Positions 20,377 to 30,405 of a DNA stretch of 64,000 bases are shown piece after piece. Source of the DNA: Clostridia bacterium. GTDB lineage: Bacteria; Bacillota; Clostridia; TANB77; CAG-508. The notes under the pieces were generated by a model. It worked only from the letters and a program-made list of their open reading frames with translations, did not search any database and was not told where the DNA came from. Location of the stretch: contig CAAGKN010000026.1 of NCBI GenBank assembly GCA_900770415.1, forward strand, positions 109,955-173,954, in the 5' to 3' direction. The translations under genes and the position numbers were made by a program. Within the stretch, counting starts at the first letter, position 1; each line of letters opens with the position of its first letter.

Positions 20377-20470
20377 GCTAGAACAAAGCGACTTTAGTCG
20401 TCCTTTGTTCTAGCCGATTTGAGTTTCCGAATGAAATGAGGAAATCTCAAAGGCAATAGCGATTATAGCA
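20376..20470 (-). promoter_or_regulatory. Possible extended -10 promoter (TGCTATAAT) plus structured, locally GC-rich leader upstream of the PolC-like operon
   Basis: 13-bp stem GGCTAGAACAAAG/CTTTGTTCTAGCC (20376..20415). Second imperfect hairpin 20418..20452. TGCTATAAT on the minus strand at about 20462..20470. Confidence 0.3.
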
Positions 20471-20553
20471 TTTTTATATACTAGGAAATTTCTCATTTCC
20501 TAGTATATAAAAAACAACTTAATTTGTACTTTTTAATAATACAAATTAAGTTG
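20471..20553 (-). terminator. Two tandem strong hairpins downstream of 20574..21398
   Basis: 19-bp perfect stem TTTTTATATACTAGGAAAT/ATTTCCTAGTATATAAAAA (20471..20513). 14-bp stem CAACTTAATTTGTA/TACAAATTAAGTTG (20515..20553). Confidence 0.6.
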
Positions 20554-20573
20554 TAATTTTTCAATATAGCTGG

Positions 20574-21398
20574 TCACGCAATGCCTTTTCTCTTTTTTAT
20601 TTCATTTATTAGTCTTTGTTTTCCATATTTACTTTCTCCTCCATTAGATAGCATTCCTGAAAAGAAGATAGGAATCTGCTTATCATCTTTATAATTATAA
20701 ACATGGTATGTAATAGGCTTTTCTTCACCGGTTAGTGCTTTTATTATATATTTAGATGCCCTTGCATTGTTTATTAAAATAAATTCAAGAGTTTTTCCTT
20801 TTGCTAGTACCTTTTTTATATGTAAATCTAACATATTCTTTATCTTCTTATCAAAACCTTTATCTGTGTCATTTATCTTCTTGATAAAATTTTTTGAACT
20901 AGTTTCGTGATAATAAAATAAATCTCCTATAAGAATTGTATATTTTCTTTTTAGTTCATTAAAATGTTTTTCTAATATTTTTATATTATTTTCATTTTCT
21001 TTTTTTTCTATTTCTTTTTTTATTTCATCAAATTTTCTATTTTGCCATGAAAAATTAGCTTCATCTTCATCTTTTTCATCTTTTTTATATACCTCATTTA
21101 CTAAATTATATATAGGTTTAAAATAGCCATTATTAACCAGTTTTCCTCTTAATTCCTGTTCCTTTCCCTCTTCTTTATATTTCACATAATTTAAGAATAT
21201 TTTACAATCTTTTTCTCTTTTTACATCCTGTTCATTTCCGGCTGGATTAAGTCCCAATACTAGAATATTCTTTTTCTTTTTATCTATTTCTTCATTAAAA
21301 ATTGCTTCTTCTGGTGTTAAATAAGTATCTTCAGCATTTTTTAACATTTCTTTAGTTAGTTTCCTCATAGTATTACTTATATTTTCTTCATTACTCAT
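20574..21398 (-). CDS. Hypothetical protein (274 aa)
   Basis: ATG 21398 after GGAGG. ILVLGLNPAG motif is reminiscent of UDG-fold/DUF1643-type proteins, but the assignment is not secure. Confidence 0.45.
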   Translation of the reverse strand: MSNEENISNTMRKLTKEMLKNAEDTYLTPEEAIFNEEIDKKKKNILVLGLNPAGNEQDVKREKDCKIFLNYVKYKEEGKEQELRGKLVNNGYFKPIYNLVNEVYKKDEKDEDEANFSWQNRKFDEIKKEIEKKENENNIKILEKHFNELKRKYTILIGDLFYYHETSSKNFIKKINDTDKGFDKKIKNMLDLHIKKVLAKGKTLEFILINNARASKYIIKALTGEEKPITYHVYNYKDDKQIPIFFSGMLSNGGESKYGKQRLINEIKKRKGIA

Positions 21399-21464
21399 CT
21401 TTCTTGCCTCCTTCCTTATTACTTTCATTTTCTAATTTTATTAGCTTCTCCCCATTCTTTTTTC

Positions 21465-22310
21465 CTAATTATTCATTCCAAACTTTATAGTCTGAAATAC
21501 CTTCTTCCAAAATTCTTCTCTTTGAATAATATAACTATCTTTAGTTTTTTTATCAAAAATTTCTAAAATAGCATATGTAAAATTATCTTTAATATATTTT
21601 TCTCCTTGGGCTGGATTCTTTAATATTTCATTGAAAGTTTTGTTACCTCCTGTTAACCCTTTTGCATATGAACACCACCTTTGCCATATGCCATCTTCGC
21701 CAGTTGCAGAACCTATGTAAATTTTTCCATTTGAAGTATCTGTTATTGTATATATTCCCTTTACATTTTCTAAAGCATTTTTCCAGTCTGGTGCTTCGTA
21801 TTTAGCAATAATTCTCAATTCGTTGTGTGACAATAGTACATTATTATATCCATTAAAATCACATAGTCTTGCAGAAGGTGTTACTTCATATATTTCTGGA
21901 TTGAAATCTCTTTGTACATTCTCAAATGGCTTATTATATATATCTCTACCCACTGGTCTATCTAATTTTATTATTAGTCTTTTGATATATTCTTTAAATT
22001 CCTTTTGCAAAGTTAATTTATATCCTATTTCATCATATACTTCTGGTATTATTTTTTCAATTTTATAAAGGCCTCCAAACATATAATAATTGCTTCCATA
22101 TGGATAATATTGTGCAAAGGCAAAAACGTATTCTGCGTCTGCATAATTATTGTTTGCTTGTTTAGATTTCCAAGTGTTCATTTCAATCCATCTATAGTCA
22201 TCACTCAACAATAAATCTAACGCACGTAGACCTCTATTTCCTGCATTCATATTAAATTTTACTTTTGCTTTACCTTTTTTAAATTCAAAAAAATCTTCGA
22301 ACCTTATCAT
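21465..22310 (-). CDS. GIY-YIG nuclease domain protein with unknown about 170-aa N-terminal domain
   Basis: C-terminus KGIYTITDTSNGKIYIGSATG...WQRW...GGN...YAILE...REEFWK matches GIY-(10-11)-YIG plus downstream R/E/N pattern. Confidence 0.7.
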   Translation of the reverse strand: MIRFEDFFEFKKGKAKVKFNMNAGNRGLRALDLLLSDDYRWIEMNTWKSKQANNNYADAEYVFAFAQYYPYGSNYYMFGGLYKIEKIIPEVYDEIGYKLTLQKEFKEYIKRLIIKLDRPVGRDIYNKPFENVQRDFNPEIYEVTPSARLCDFNGYNNVLLSHNELRIIAKYEAPDWKNALENVKGIYTITDTSNGKIYIGSATGEDGIWQRWCSYAKGLTGGNKTFNEILKNPAQGEKYIKDNFTYAILEIFDKKTKDSYIIQREEFWKKVFQTIKFGMNN

Positions 22311-22399
22311 TTAAGCTCCCCCTTATTTAATGTTATCCAGTTAATAATACTATTTGAACTATAGTTAATCAATGTGCTTGGTCACACAATATATGAATT

Positions 22400-23386
22400 T
22401 TATTCATATTTCTTACTTGCTTCCTCTATTATTTCTTTCATTTCATTTCTTAATTCTAATGGTTTTACAACTTCTACACAGTCTATATTTCTCATTGCCC
22501 ACATTTTGAAGCCCATTGAATTTACTTTTAGTTTTATTTTTATAGTTTCATCATTTATTTTTGATATTTTTATGTCTTTTCCAAATAATTCTATAACAGT
22601 ATCTAAAAGAGAGATTGGACATTTTACTTCTATTTCTTCCTTTTTCCCACCAAACATTTCTACTAATGACTCTGCATATTCTTTTATTTCTTTTTGTGTT
22701 ATTTTAGCTGTTCTTTTTTCTTCCAATTCTTTAATGTTTTTTATTCTGTCCAGTCTATAGTTATATAGTTTTTCTTTTCCTTCTTTCAATGCAAGCATGT
22801 AAAATTCCTGTTTGTTATATATAATCGCATACGGTGTTACTATTGGTTTGCTTACAATTTCTTTTGTAATCTTATCATTTATTGCGTATTTCCAATATTC
22901 AAAAGTTATCTTACTTAAATTTTGAATTGCTGTAGATATATCTTCTATATTTTTTATGACTTCCATATTATCTGTTTTAGTATCATTTGCATAAATCATA
23001 TAGTTTTTTAATTTTTCATTTTCATAAACGCTTTGAAGATTTTTACATTTTTTTATAATACTTTTGCTAATTGATGGAACAATGTAATTTGCATAACTAA
23101 ATGTATCAATAATTGCTCTTATTTCTCCTGGTTCAAAGTCCGTTTCCGGATTCTTTATTATGTAGTAACCTTGTCCATTTTCCTCTCTTGTACTTATATC
23201 AAAATCTAGTTTATATTTTAATAAGTTTATATTTCGCCTAATAGTTCTAGGATCAATTTCTACGTCATATATTTCTTCTACTTTTCTTCCTATCTCTGCT
23301 GCTGACATTTTATGATTCTCATCACTATATTTTTTTAATACATTTAATATATATAATATATTTCCATTTTTTTCATACAAATCCAT
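22400..23386 (-). CDS. HTH + WYL domain transcriptional regulator (YafY/BrxR/CapW-like)
   Basis: N-terminal wHTH (MSAAEIGRKVEEIYDVEIDPRTIRRNINLL). Central WYL-like block ITFEYW...VTPYAIIYNKQEFYMLA...LYNYRLDRIKNI. WCX-like C-terminus. Confidence 0.8.
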   Translation of the reverse strand: MDLYEKNGNILYILNVLKKYSDENHKMSAAEIGRKVEEIYDVEIDPRTIRRNINLLKYKLDFDISTREENGQGYYIIKNPETDFEPGEIRAIIDTFSYANYIVPSISKSIIKKCKNLQSVYENEKLKNYMIYANDTKTDNMEVIKNIEDISTAIQNLSKITFEYWKYAINDKITKEIVSKPIVTPYAIIYNKQEFYMLALKEGKEKLYNYRLDRIKNIKELEEKRTAKITQKEIKEYAESLVEMFGGKKEEIEVKCPISLLDTVIELFGKDIKISKINDETIKIKLKVNSMGFKMWAMRNIDCVEVVKPLELRNEMKEIIEEASKKYE

Positions 23387-23414
23387 ACGTTACTCCTTTA
23401 ATGAAAAATTTATG

Positions 23415-23810
23415 CTAATTATATTTTTCGCTCTTATTTCCATATATTTTAATTAAAATATGTAGTTTTCCTCTTTCATCATTTTTATCGTATCTTGAAC
23501 CTCTATTTTCAAATACTATCTCATCATTATGTTTTACTTTGGCTGGAATTTTTACAGTAATTTTTTCTGTATTATGGATATCTAATCCATAGCCAAAACA
23601 TTTAGAGCATTTCTTTGCATCATCATTGTCATGTAAACAATAATCTATGTAATCACATATTATCTCTTTTTCTATGCCTCTTTTTGCTTGTTCTTTTGTT
23701 AATTTTATTTCCACATATTCATCTTTATTTTTGTTTTTAATTTTATCCGAATAAATTTCCAAAAAGAGTTTATATGCTTCCTTATTATCTATTTCAAAAA
23801 TTTCATTCAT
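23415..23810 (-). CDS. Small hypothetical protein, weak DnaJ C-terminal/zinc-finger-like features
   Basis: CSKCFGYG then a beta-rich segment ...GKLHILIKI. First gene of the WYL module. Confidence 0.3.
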   Translation of the reverse strand: MNEIFEIDNKEAYKLFLEIYSDKIKNKNKDEYVEIKLTKEQAKRGIEKEIICDYIDYCLHDNDDAKKCSKCFGYGLDIHNTEKITVKIPAKVKHNDEIVFENRGSRYDKNDERGKLHILIKIYGNKSEKYN

Positions 23811-24059
23811 TATTATCACCAAAATTATTATATCATATATACTTCTTTATTCAAGGTGCTGGTCTTATAATGTACATTTTTATAGTATTAATATATTATT
23901 GCTGTTTTTTTATTGCATGTTCTTCTAATTTAGTTTACTGTATTTCTTAATCTATTTTTTTCTTATGAAGGTTTTCATTTTTTGTGTTAAAATATCATAT
24001 CTTATTTGCTTTTTGTTTATTAATATAATATACTTTATTCATATTAATGGAGGTGTTTT

Positions 24060-25115
24060 ATGAGTATTGAAATATCTGATTTTGGAAAAGATTTAAATGG
24101 AAACTGTGTTAAACTTTTTTCAATAAGCAATTTTAATGGTCTTGTTGCAAAGGTTACTAATTTTGGAGCTGTGCTTGTTTCTCTGTTTGTTCCTGACAAA
24201 AATGGTAATCTAGCGGATATTGTTTTAGGATTTGATTCTTTAGAAAATTACTTTAAAAATGATATTTGCTACTTTGGTTCAACTGTTGGAAGAAACAGCA
24301 ACAGAGTTAAAAATGCTAGTTTTGTACTAAATGGTACAACTTATAATTTAGATAAAAATGAAAGAGGAAAAAATGACTTGCATAGTGGATTTAATCCATA
24401 TAATAGTAGGCTTTGGGATTATTCTATAGATGAAGATACAAATTCCGTTTCTTTTAACTTAATGAGTCCAGATATGGATCAGGGATTCCCTGGAGAATTT
24501 AATATAACAGTTACTTACAGCTTAGATAATGATAATAATTTAAAAATAAAATATACAGGAACATCTAATAAAGATACTATTGCAAATATGACAAATCATA
24601 GTTATTTTAACTTATCTGGTCATAATAGTGGAACTGCAATGGAGCATAAATTGTACATAAATGCTGATAAATATGTAGAAGTTGATGATGAACTTATTCC
24701 TACTGGGGAATTAAGAGATGTTTCTAATACCCCTATGGATTTTAGGACTCCAACTAAAATAGGACTTAGAATAAATGAAGACTTTAAACAATTTGAATAT
24801 ACTGGTGGATATGATCATAGTTTTGTTATTAACAAAACTAATAATGGTATTGAAAAAATAGCTGTTTTATCTGATGAAAGTTCTGGAAGAACTATGGAAG
24901 TTTATACTGATAGTATCGGAGTTCAATTTTATGCTGGAAACTTTATAGAAAATAATAAAGTAATTGGTAAAGAGAATTGTAGTTATAAAAATCGTTCTGG
25001 TGTTTGCTTAGAAACTGGATTTTTACCAGACTCTATGAATCAACCAAATTTTGTTACACCTTTGTTAAAAGCAGGTGATACATATAGCACAACTACAATA
25101 TATAAATTTATATAG
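24060..25115 (+). CDS. galM: Aldose 1-epimerase (mutarotase)
   Basis: GSTVGRNSNRV, LHSGFNPYNSRLW, MTNHSYFNL, CLETGFLPD motifs. Confidence 0.9.
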   Translation: MSIEISDFGKDLNGNCVKLFSISNFNGLVAKVTNFGAVLVSLFVPDKNGNLADIVLGFDSLENYFKNDICYFGSTVGRNSNRVKNASFVLNGTTYNLDKNERGKNDLHSGFNPYNSRLWDYSIDEDTNSVSFNLMSPDMDQGFPGEFNITVTYSLDNDNNLKIKYTGTSNKDTIANMTNHSYFNLSGHNSGTAMEHKLYINADKYVEVDDELIPTGELRDVSNTPMDFRTPTKIGLRINEDFKQFEYTGGYDHSFVINKTNNGIEKIAVLSDESSGRTMEVYTDSIGVQFYAGNFIENNKVIGKENCSYKNRSGVCLETGFLPDSMNQPNFVTPLLKAGDTYSTTTIYKFI

Positions 25116-25120
25116 AGCAA

Positions 25121-25147
25121 ATAAAGGGCGACTATGTCGCCCTTTAT
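25121..25147. terminator. Bidirectional terminator between galM and the sortase gene
   Basis: ATAAAGGGCGAC-TAT-GTCGCCCTTTAT with flanking A/T runs. Confidence 0.7.
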
Positions 25148-25153
25148 TTTATG

Positions 25154-25888
25154 TTACATTACTCTTGCTTTTATTATATGTCTTTGTTTGTTGTCATTTG
25201 TACATGTTATTAATGTTATTTCTTTTTTGCCATTTGTTAATTGGCTAGTACATGCTAGCTCATCTGGGTTTACTATAAATTTATCATATACTGTATATGT
25301 TAGCATTCTTCCACTTAAGTCTGTTATTTCTATTGTATCTCCCAATTGTAAATTTGGTACTTTGCTAAAGAATTTTGAATTTCTATAATTGTGTCCTGCT
25401 ATACAAAGATTTCCAACTTCATTTGGATTTGGCCCATGGAATTTACATGGAGCTATTTTTAACAATTCATCTGTATATGTTGATAGAATTGGATAATTAA
25501 CATTTATTGAAGGTATGTTTATTACTCCTATTGTATAATATGATGTACCGTCACTTGCAGTAAGTTTTTGCTCTTCTTCTACATTAACTTGTTGTTCTAT
25601 TTGAACAACTTCTGTTGTTGCCACATCTTCCTCTTCTGGAATAGCATTTAATCTAACTACTACAACTTCTTCATCAACTAGTTTTGTTGGCTCTCTAAAA
25701 GATATTTCTTGTAAAATTTCTTTTGAAACTTCTTCACTCTTGTTTCTATCATACTCAGCATAGATTGCATAAGATGATAAAGCGCATAACAAAAAAACAG
25801 ATAGAAAAAATTCAAATTTAAAAACTTTTTTCTTTCTTTTCATGTCTGGTGTTACATATAATTTTTGAGAAACAAGAATTTGATTCAT
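25154..25888 (-). CDS. Sortase (class not determined)
   Basis: N-terminal TM anchor, IPSINVNYPIL, HN...F..L, catalytic TLITCT, conserved Arg near the C-terminus. Confidence 0.8.
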   Translation of the reverse strand: MNQILVSQKLYVTPDMKRKKKVFKFEFFLSVFLLCALSSYAIYAEYDRNKSEEVSKEILQEISFREPTKLVDEEVVVVRLNAIPEEEDVATTEVVQIEQQVNVEEEQKLTASDGTSYYTIGVINIPSINVNYPILSTYTDELLKIAPCKFHGPNPNEVGNLCIAGHNYRNSKFFSKVPNLQLGDTIEITDLSGRMLTYTVYDKFIVNPDELACTSQLTNGKKEITLITCTNDNKQRHIIKARVM

Positions 25889-25925
25889 GCTATATCCCTT
25901 TCTTTAAAATTAATCCAATATAATT

Positions 25926-26783
25926 TTAACACATTTCTTTTAACTTTTCAACAGTGTTTCTTATACTTTCCGCTGGGGTTGATGCCCCTGCCATAACACC
26001 TATTTTTCTTATATTTTTAATGCTACCCTGTCTTATTTCTTCTGCTGTTTCTATAAGCATACAATTATTACATTCTTTTTTAGCAATTTCATATAATTTA
26101 GTAGTATTTGAACTGTGTTTTCCACCAATTATAATCATTAAATCAACTTGTTTTGCTATTTCTTGCGTTTCTTTTTGTCTAATATTTGTAGCATTACAAA
26201 TTGTATTTTTAACTTCAAAAACTGTATTTTTATCTATATTTTCCTCTACATCTTTTACAATTTTATTAAATTTTTCCACACTAAATGTAGTTTGAGAAAC
26301 TATTAATAATTTTTTTAAATTAGATTCCTTAAAATTTTTTATTGCCTTTTCTACATCTTCTTGTTTTTCTAATATAGTTGAATTTTTTCTGCAATAGCTC
26401 ACTGTTCCTATTGTTTCCGCATGATCCTTTTGCCCTATTATAAAAATATAGTAGTTCTTCGAAGAATACTCTTTTACAATATTGTGTATTTTTAATACAT
26501 TTGGGCATGTTAAATCTATTACTTTTAAATCGAGCTCTTCAGCTCTTTCGTATACTTCTTTTGGCACACCATGTGACCTTATTATTACATTATTTTTTGC
26601 TTCTTCTACATTATTAATAATTATAAGGCCTTGTTCTTCCAAGCTCTGTGTAACCTGTTTATTATGTACTAGTTCTCCTAAGCAATATGTTTCTTTTTGT
26701 TTTTGTACTGACTCTTTTGTTTTGTCAACAGCATTTTTAACTCCATAACAGAAACCTGCTGTTTTGCCAACGATTATCTCCAT
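25926..26783 (-). CDS. ispH: 4-hydroxy-3-methylbut-2-enyl diphosphate reductase
   Basis: GFCYGV, LGELVHN, TICNAT, GGKHSSNT motifs. ATG 26783 preferred over the upstream GTG. Confidence 0.9.
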   Translation of the reverse strand: MEIIVGKTAGFCYGVKNAVDKTKESVQKQKETYCLGELVHNKQVTQSLEEQGLIIINNVEEAKNNVIIRSHGVPKEVYERAEELDLKVIDLTCPNVLKIHNIVKEYSSKNYYIFIIGQKDHAETIGTVSYCRKNSTILEKQEDVEKAIKNFKESNLKKLLIVSQTTFSVEKFNKIVKDVEENIDKNTVFEVKNTICNATNIRQKETQEIAKQVDLMIIIGGKHSSNTTKLYEIAKKECNNCMLIETAEEIRQGSIKNIRKIGVMAGASTPAESIRNTVEKLKEMC

Positions 26784-26795
26784 ACATTTCACCTT

Positions 26796-27341
26796 TTAAT
26801 TATTTTCGTTCATTAATTTTTCGTAGCATTTTCTACATACAGGAATATATAGCCCTTCGTCGCCAACTAGTATATCTCCATTTTTTTGTTTTCCCTTAAA
26901 ATATGTAAAAATAGCCTCTTCACTTCTGCAATTCTCGCATACAGATGTTAACATTTGAACATTATCAGACATACATAATAAATCTCCCATTGCCCCAAAT
27001 GTCTTTCTTTCTGATGTTAGATTTAAGCCAGCTATAAAAAACTTTTTTCCTTTTTGAGTAAGTTTGTATAGTTCATTTAAATCTCCTTTTAAAAACTGGA
27101 ATTCATCAATTACATATACATCTGCATCATAGTTTTTTATCTCGTCTATGCTACTAATATTAATTGCATTTTGTTTGTATCCATTTCTACTAATAACACT
27201 TTGCTCTGAAAATCTATCATCTATAGTTGGTTTAAATATTTTTACGTTTTTTCCTGCAATTTGTTGTCTTTTAGCTTCATCTAGTATTTTTTGAGTTTTA
27301 CCACATTTCATTGGTCCTGTGTAAACATTTATATCTCCCAT
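26796..27341 (-). CDS. tdk: Thymidine kinase
   Basis: P-loop GPMKCGKT, IDEFQF, C-terminal zinc ribbon CxxC...CRKC. Confidence 0.9.
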   Translation of the reverse strand: MGDINVYTGPMKCGKTQKILDEAKRQQIAGKNVKIFKPTIDDRFSEQSVISRNGYKQNAINISSIDEIKNYDADVYVIDEFQFLKGDLNELYKLTQKGKKFFIAGLNLTSERKTFGAMGDLLCMSDNVQMLTSVCENCRSEEAIFTYFKGKQKNGDILVGDEGLYIPVCRKCYEKLMNENN

Positions 27342-27354
27342 TTTTCTCACCTGT

Positions 27355-28410
27355 TTATATCATTTTTAAAATTTCTTCTTTTAGTACTTTTACTATATCT
27401 TCTTGTTTTACTTTTCTAATTATCTCACCTTTTTTAAATAAAAGTCCTTCTTTAATTCCTCCGGCAATTCCTATATCTGCGTGTCTTGCTTCATTCGGTC
27501 CATTTACTCCGCAACCCATTACAGCTACTGTAATAGGAGCTTTTATAGTTTGTAAAAATTCTTCTATTTCATTTGCTATTGGTATTAAATCATATTGAAT
27601 TCTTCCACATGTTGGGCACGCTATAAGTGTTGGTGCATTTTTATATAAGTTGCAATCTTTTAATATTTCTTTGGCAACTTTTATTTCTTTAACAGGGTCT
27701 GCTGATAATGATACCCTCATTGTATCTCCAATACCTTCTCTTAACAAAATCCCAAGTCCTATACTTGAGCTTACAGTTCCACTAAATTCTGTTCCCGCAT
27801 GTGTTACTCCTAGATGTAATGGATAATTTATTGTATTTGCAGCCTCTTTATAACTTTCTATACATAAGTCTAATGATGATGCTTTTAATGATAATGCTAT
27901 ATCATAAAAATCTAAGTCTTCTAATATTTTTATATGTCTTAGCCCTGCTTCTACCATTCCTTTTGCTGTTGGCTTTCCATCTCTTTGTAAAATATCTTTT
28001 GGAAGTGATCCACTATTTACACCTATTCTAATTGGAATTTTTCTTTCTTTACAAGCATCTACTACAGCTTTTACTCTATCTACGCTTCCAATGTTTCCTG
28101 GATTTATTCTAATTTTATCTACTCCTGCCTTTGCTGCTTCTAGTGCTATTCTATAATCAAAATGTATATCAGAAACAATTGGTATATGTATTTTACTTTT
28201 TATTTCTTTTATTGCTTTTGCATCTTCTTCGTCTAAGCATGCAACTCTTATAATCTCACAACCAGCTTCTTCTAATTTTAAAATTTGTTCCACTGTTGAT
28301 TTAACATCTTTTGTTTTTGTATTTGTCATTGATTGAATTACTACTTTATTTTGTCCACCTATTTGTACATCTCCTACAAATATTTTTCTTGTTTCATTTC
28401 TTGTTATCAT
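27355..28410 (-). CDS. ispG: 4-hydroxy-3-methylbut-2-enyl-diphosphate synthase (flavodoxin)
   Basis: [34 protein letters not shown] motifs. Confidence 0.95.
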   Translation of the reverse strand: MITRNETRKIFVGDVQIGGQNKVVIQSMTNTKTKDVKSTVEQILKLEEAGCEIIRVACLDEEDAKAIKEIKSKIHIPIVSDIHFDYRIALEAAKAGVDKIRINPGNIGSVDRVKAVVDACKERKIPIRIGVNSGSLPKDILQRDGKPTAKGMVEAGLRHIKILEDLDFYDIALSLKASSLDLCIESYKEAANTINYPLHLGVTHAGTEFSGTVSSSIGLGILLREGIGDTMRVSLSADPVKEIKVAKEILKDCNLYKNAPTLIACPTCGRIQYDLIPIANEIEEFLQTIKAPITVAVMGCGVNGPNEARHADIGIAGGIKEGLLFKKGEIIRKVKQEDIVKVLKEEILKMI

Positions 28411-28483
28411 AGTTATCCCCTTAATTTTTATTTTACTTTGTTATTCTATCATAGATTATCTATTTTTTAAACAATAAGTTATA

Positions 28484-28538
28484 AAAATTGTAATTTGTTG
28501 TGCACATCACACCTTTCACATCAATTAAACAAATTACC
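28484..28538. mobile_element. Short MITE-like repeat copy (no GC hairpin)
   Basis: AAAATTGTAATTTG ...CACATCACACCTTTCACATCAATTAAA... CAAATTACC. Lies upstream of ispG. Confidence 0.5.
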
Positions 28539-28605
28539 TCTTCTTTACTTTTCTTGCAAATCTTGATATAATTATTGTTGGAATAAATTTTAGGAGGGCT
28601 ATTGT

Positions 28606-30381
28606 ATGGGAAATGCAAAAGCAGAAAAGGAAGAATTAAAAAAATTAGAAGACGAAGCATATTTTGAACTTTGCCAAATTATTGCAGAAGCTATGCAAGA
28701 ACAGTCTATTGAGCTTTTGGATTACAGAATTGCTTCATGGAAAAATAAATATAAAAAATTATTAGATAATCCTAGTCCTAATTTTAAAAAAAGAATTGAA
28801 TACTTACTTACTGAATATTATTCTTCTGTTACCCAATACATTCAATCCCAAATTAAATTTAATGAGAATAAAAAGATTGAAAATCAGAGTAAAGCTTTAA
28901 GAGAATTATATGTAATAATCAGAGATACAGATGATTTAAAAACGTTAGAGAAAAAAGTTAATGCTTGGAAAGAAAAATATCCAAAAGACAAATTTCTTAA
29001 AATGTATCAGTCAAAATATGAACACATGACTAGCAAAAGAAATTTGAGAGAAAATGCTTTTGACCAAGAAGTAGCTTTTAAAGATCTTGTTGAAATTACT
29101 AAACACACTGGCACCTTTGAAGAATTTGCAAGAGAACGTGAACAATGGGAAAATAAGTATTCTATACATGATAAATTTGAATTAGATGATTTTATAAAAC
29201 ATCAATCTGACATTAAAAGATATACCTCAGATGAATATTTACATTCTATCTCTAAGGATGAAGAACCTAAAGAAAATAATAATTCAACTACTTTTGAAAC
29301 TACCGAATTGTCTAAAGAGCCTGAACAAGAAGAACAGCCACAAAAGGTCTATTCAGATTTAGCTAAACAAGCTTCTGCATATACTGCTCTTTTGGCTATT
29401 TCTCAAAAGCCAAACAATGTAAATGAAATGTTTAAGTGGGTATATAAAAATGGTTCTATTAAATTTAATGATAAATATAAAGAACTTATATTAAATGCCA
29501 CATATTTGGACTATTCACCAACCTATTTAAACAAATTGAGAACACCTGGCTTAAATGTAAATAACAAATCACTTTCTTATGAAGAGTTTAAAGAAATGGA
29601 CGATATTAAAAGATATGCAATAATAAGTTATTTTAATTTGTTGCTTCCGCCAGATAAAGCAATTTCTAATGGTTTTTTCAACTCTTGTATAAATACAGTT
29701 TATGCAAAATCAGAAAAGGCCAAGTACACAAATTCTTCACTTAATGAAATAAATCAAGAAAACTTAAAAGATGGCATAGAAATAAAATTATCTAAATCTG
29801 ATGCAGAACAAGAACTTGATTTGCCTGAGCTAAAAAAGCAAGAAATCCCTGATACTGAGGTTGAAAAAGTTTCAACTAGTACAGCTGAGGAAAAACAAGA
29901 AGAAAACATTGACTCTGCAAAGAAATTGCAAGAAGATTTGCCAACAGAGCCAGAAGAATCGCCTGCTGAACATATTAAGCAAGACGAAGTAAAAAAAGAA
30001 GATGAAGATTCGCAAAGCCTTGTAAAAGAAAATAATACACCAACAGTAGATTTGGAAGTTGAAGAAGAACCTAGTAAAGAAGAATTATTTAGTCTAACAG
30101 AAAAGGCTGTTGAAGAACCTAGAATTGATGTTCCTTTAGATAATTCTTTTGAAGATCCTGTAGTAGAAGAAGCAAAAGAAGTAGAAAACGTTGAACCAGA
30201 ACCTTTACAGCAGGAACAAATTATTGCTGTTTCTCCATTGCTATTTTCTGCAATAAATTATAAATCAAAGCAAGCTGATGCAGTAGAAAAAATAGATGAA
30301 CATGTAAATGAGTATGTATTATCAAGTGCTAAAACAATTTCTGATAATATTCAAACAAAACAAAAAACAGATTGGGATTAA
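28606..30381 (+). CDS. Hypothetical acidic protein (591 aa), Glu/Lys/Pro-rich low-complexity C-terminal third
   Basis: Long uninterrupted ORF with GGAGGG RBS. No recognisable catalytic motif. Confidence 0.5.
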   Translation: MGNAKAEKEELKKLEDEAYFELCQIIAEAMQEQSIELLDYRIASWKNKYKKLLDNPSPNFKKRIEYLLTEYYSSVTQYIQSQIKFNENKKIENQSKALRELYVIIRDTDDLKTLEKKVNAWKEKYPKDKFLKMYQSKYEHMTSKRNLRENAFDQEVAFKDLVEITKHTGTFEEFAREREQWENKYSIHDKFELDDFIKHQSDIKRYTSDEYLHSISKDEEPKENNNSTTFETTELSKEPEQEEQPQKVYSDLAKQASAYTALLAISQKPNNVNEMFKWVYKNGSIKFNDKYKELILNATYLDYSPTYLNKLRTPGLNVNNKSLSYEEFKEMDDIKRYAIISYFNLLLPPDKAISNGFFNSCINTVYAKSEKAKYTNSSLNEINQENLKDGIEIKLSKSDAEQELDLPELKKQEIPDTEVEKVSTSTAEEKQEENIDSAKKLQEDLPTEPEESPAEHIKQDEVKKEDEDSQSLVKENNTPTVDLEVEEEPSKEELFSLTEKAVEEPRIDVPLDNSFEDPVVEEAKEVENVEPEPLQQEQIIAVSPLLFSAINYKSKQADAVEKIDEHVNEYVLSSAKTISDNIQTKQKTDWD

Positions 30382-30405
30382 CAAAGAGGCTATTAAAGCC
30401 TCTTT

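Noticed and set aside
15734-23822. Prophage or integrative element explanation for the accessory island.
   Set aside because: No integrase, recombinase, phage structural genes, tRNA target or flanking direct repeats are visible in the window. It is therefore described only as an accessory or defence-like island.
28460-28660. 66-aa minus-strand ORF upstream of ispG.
   Set aside because: It spans the MITE-like repeat and the start of the plus-strand 591-aa gene. No RBS and an implausible composition.
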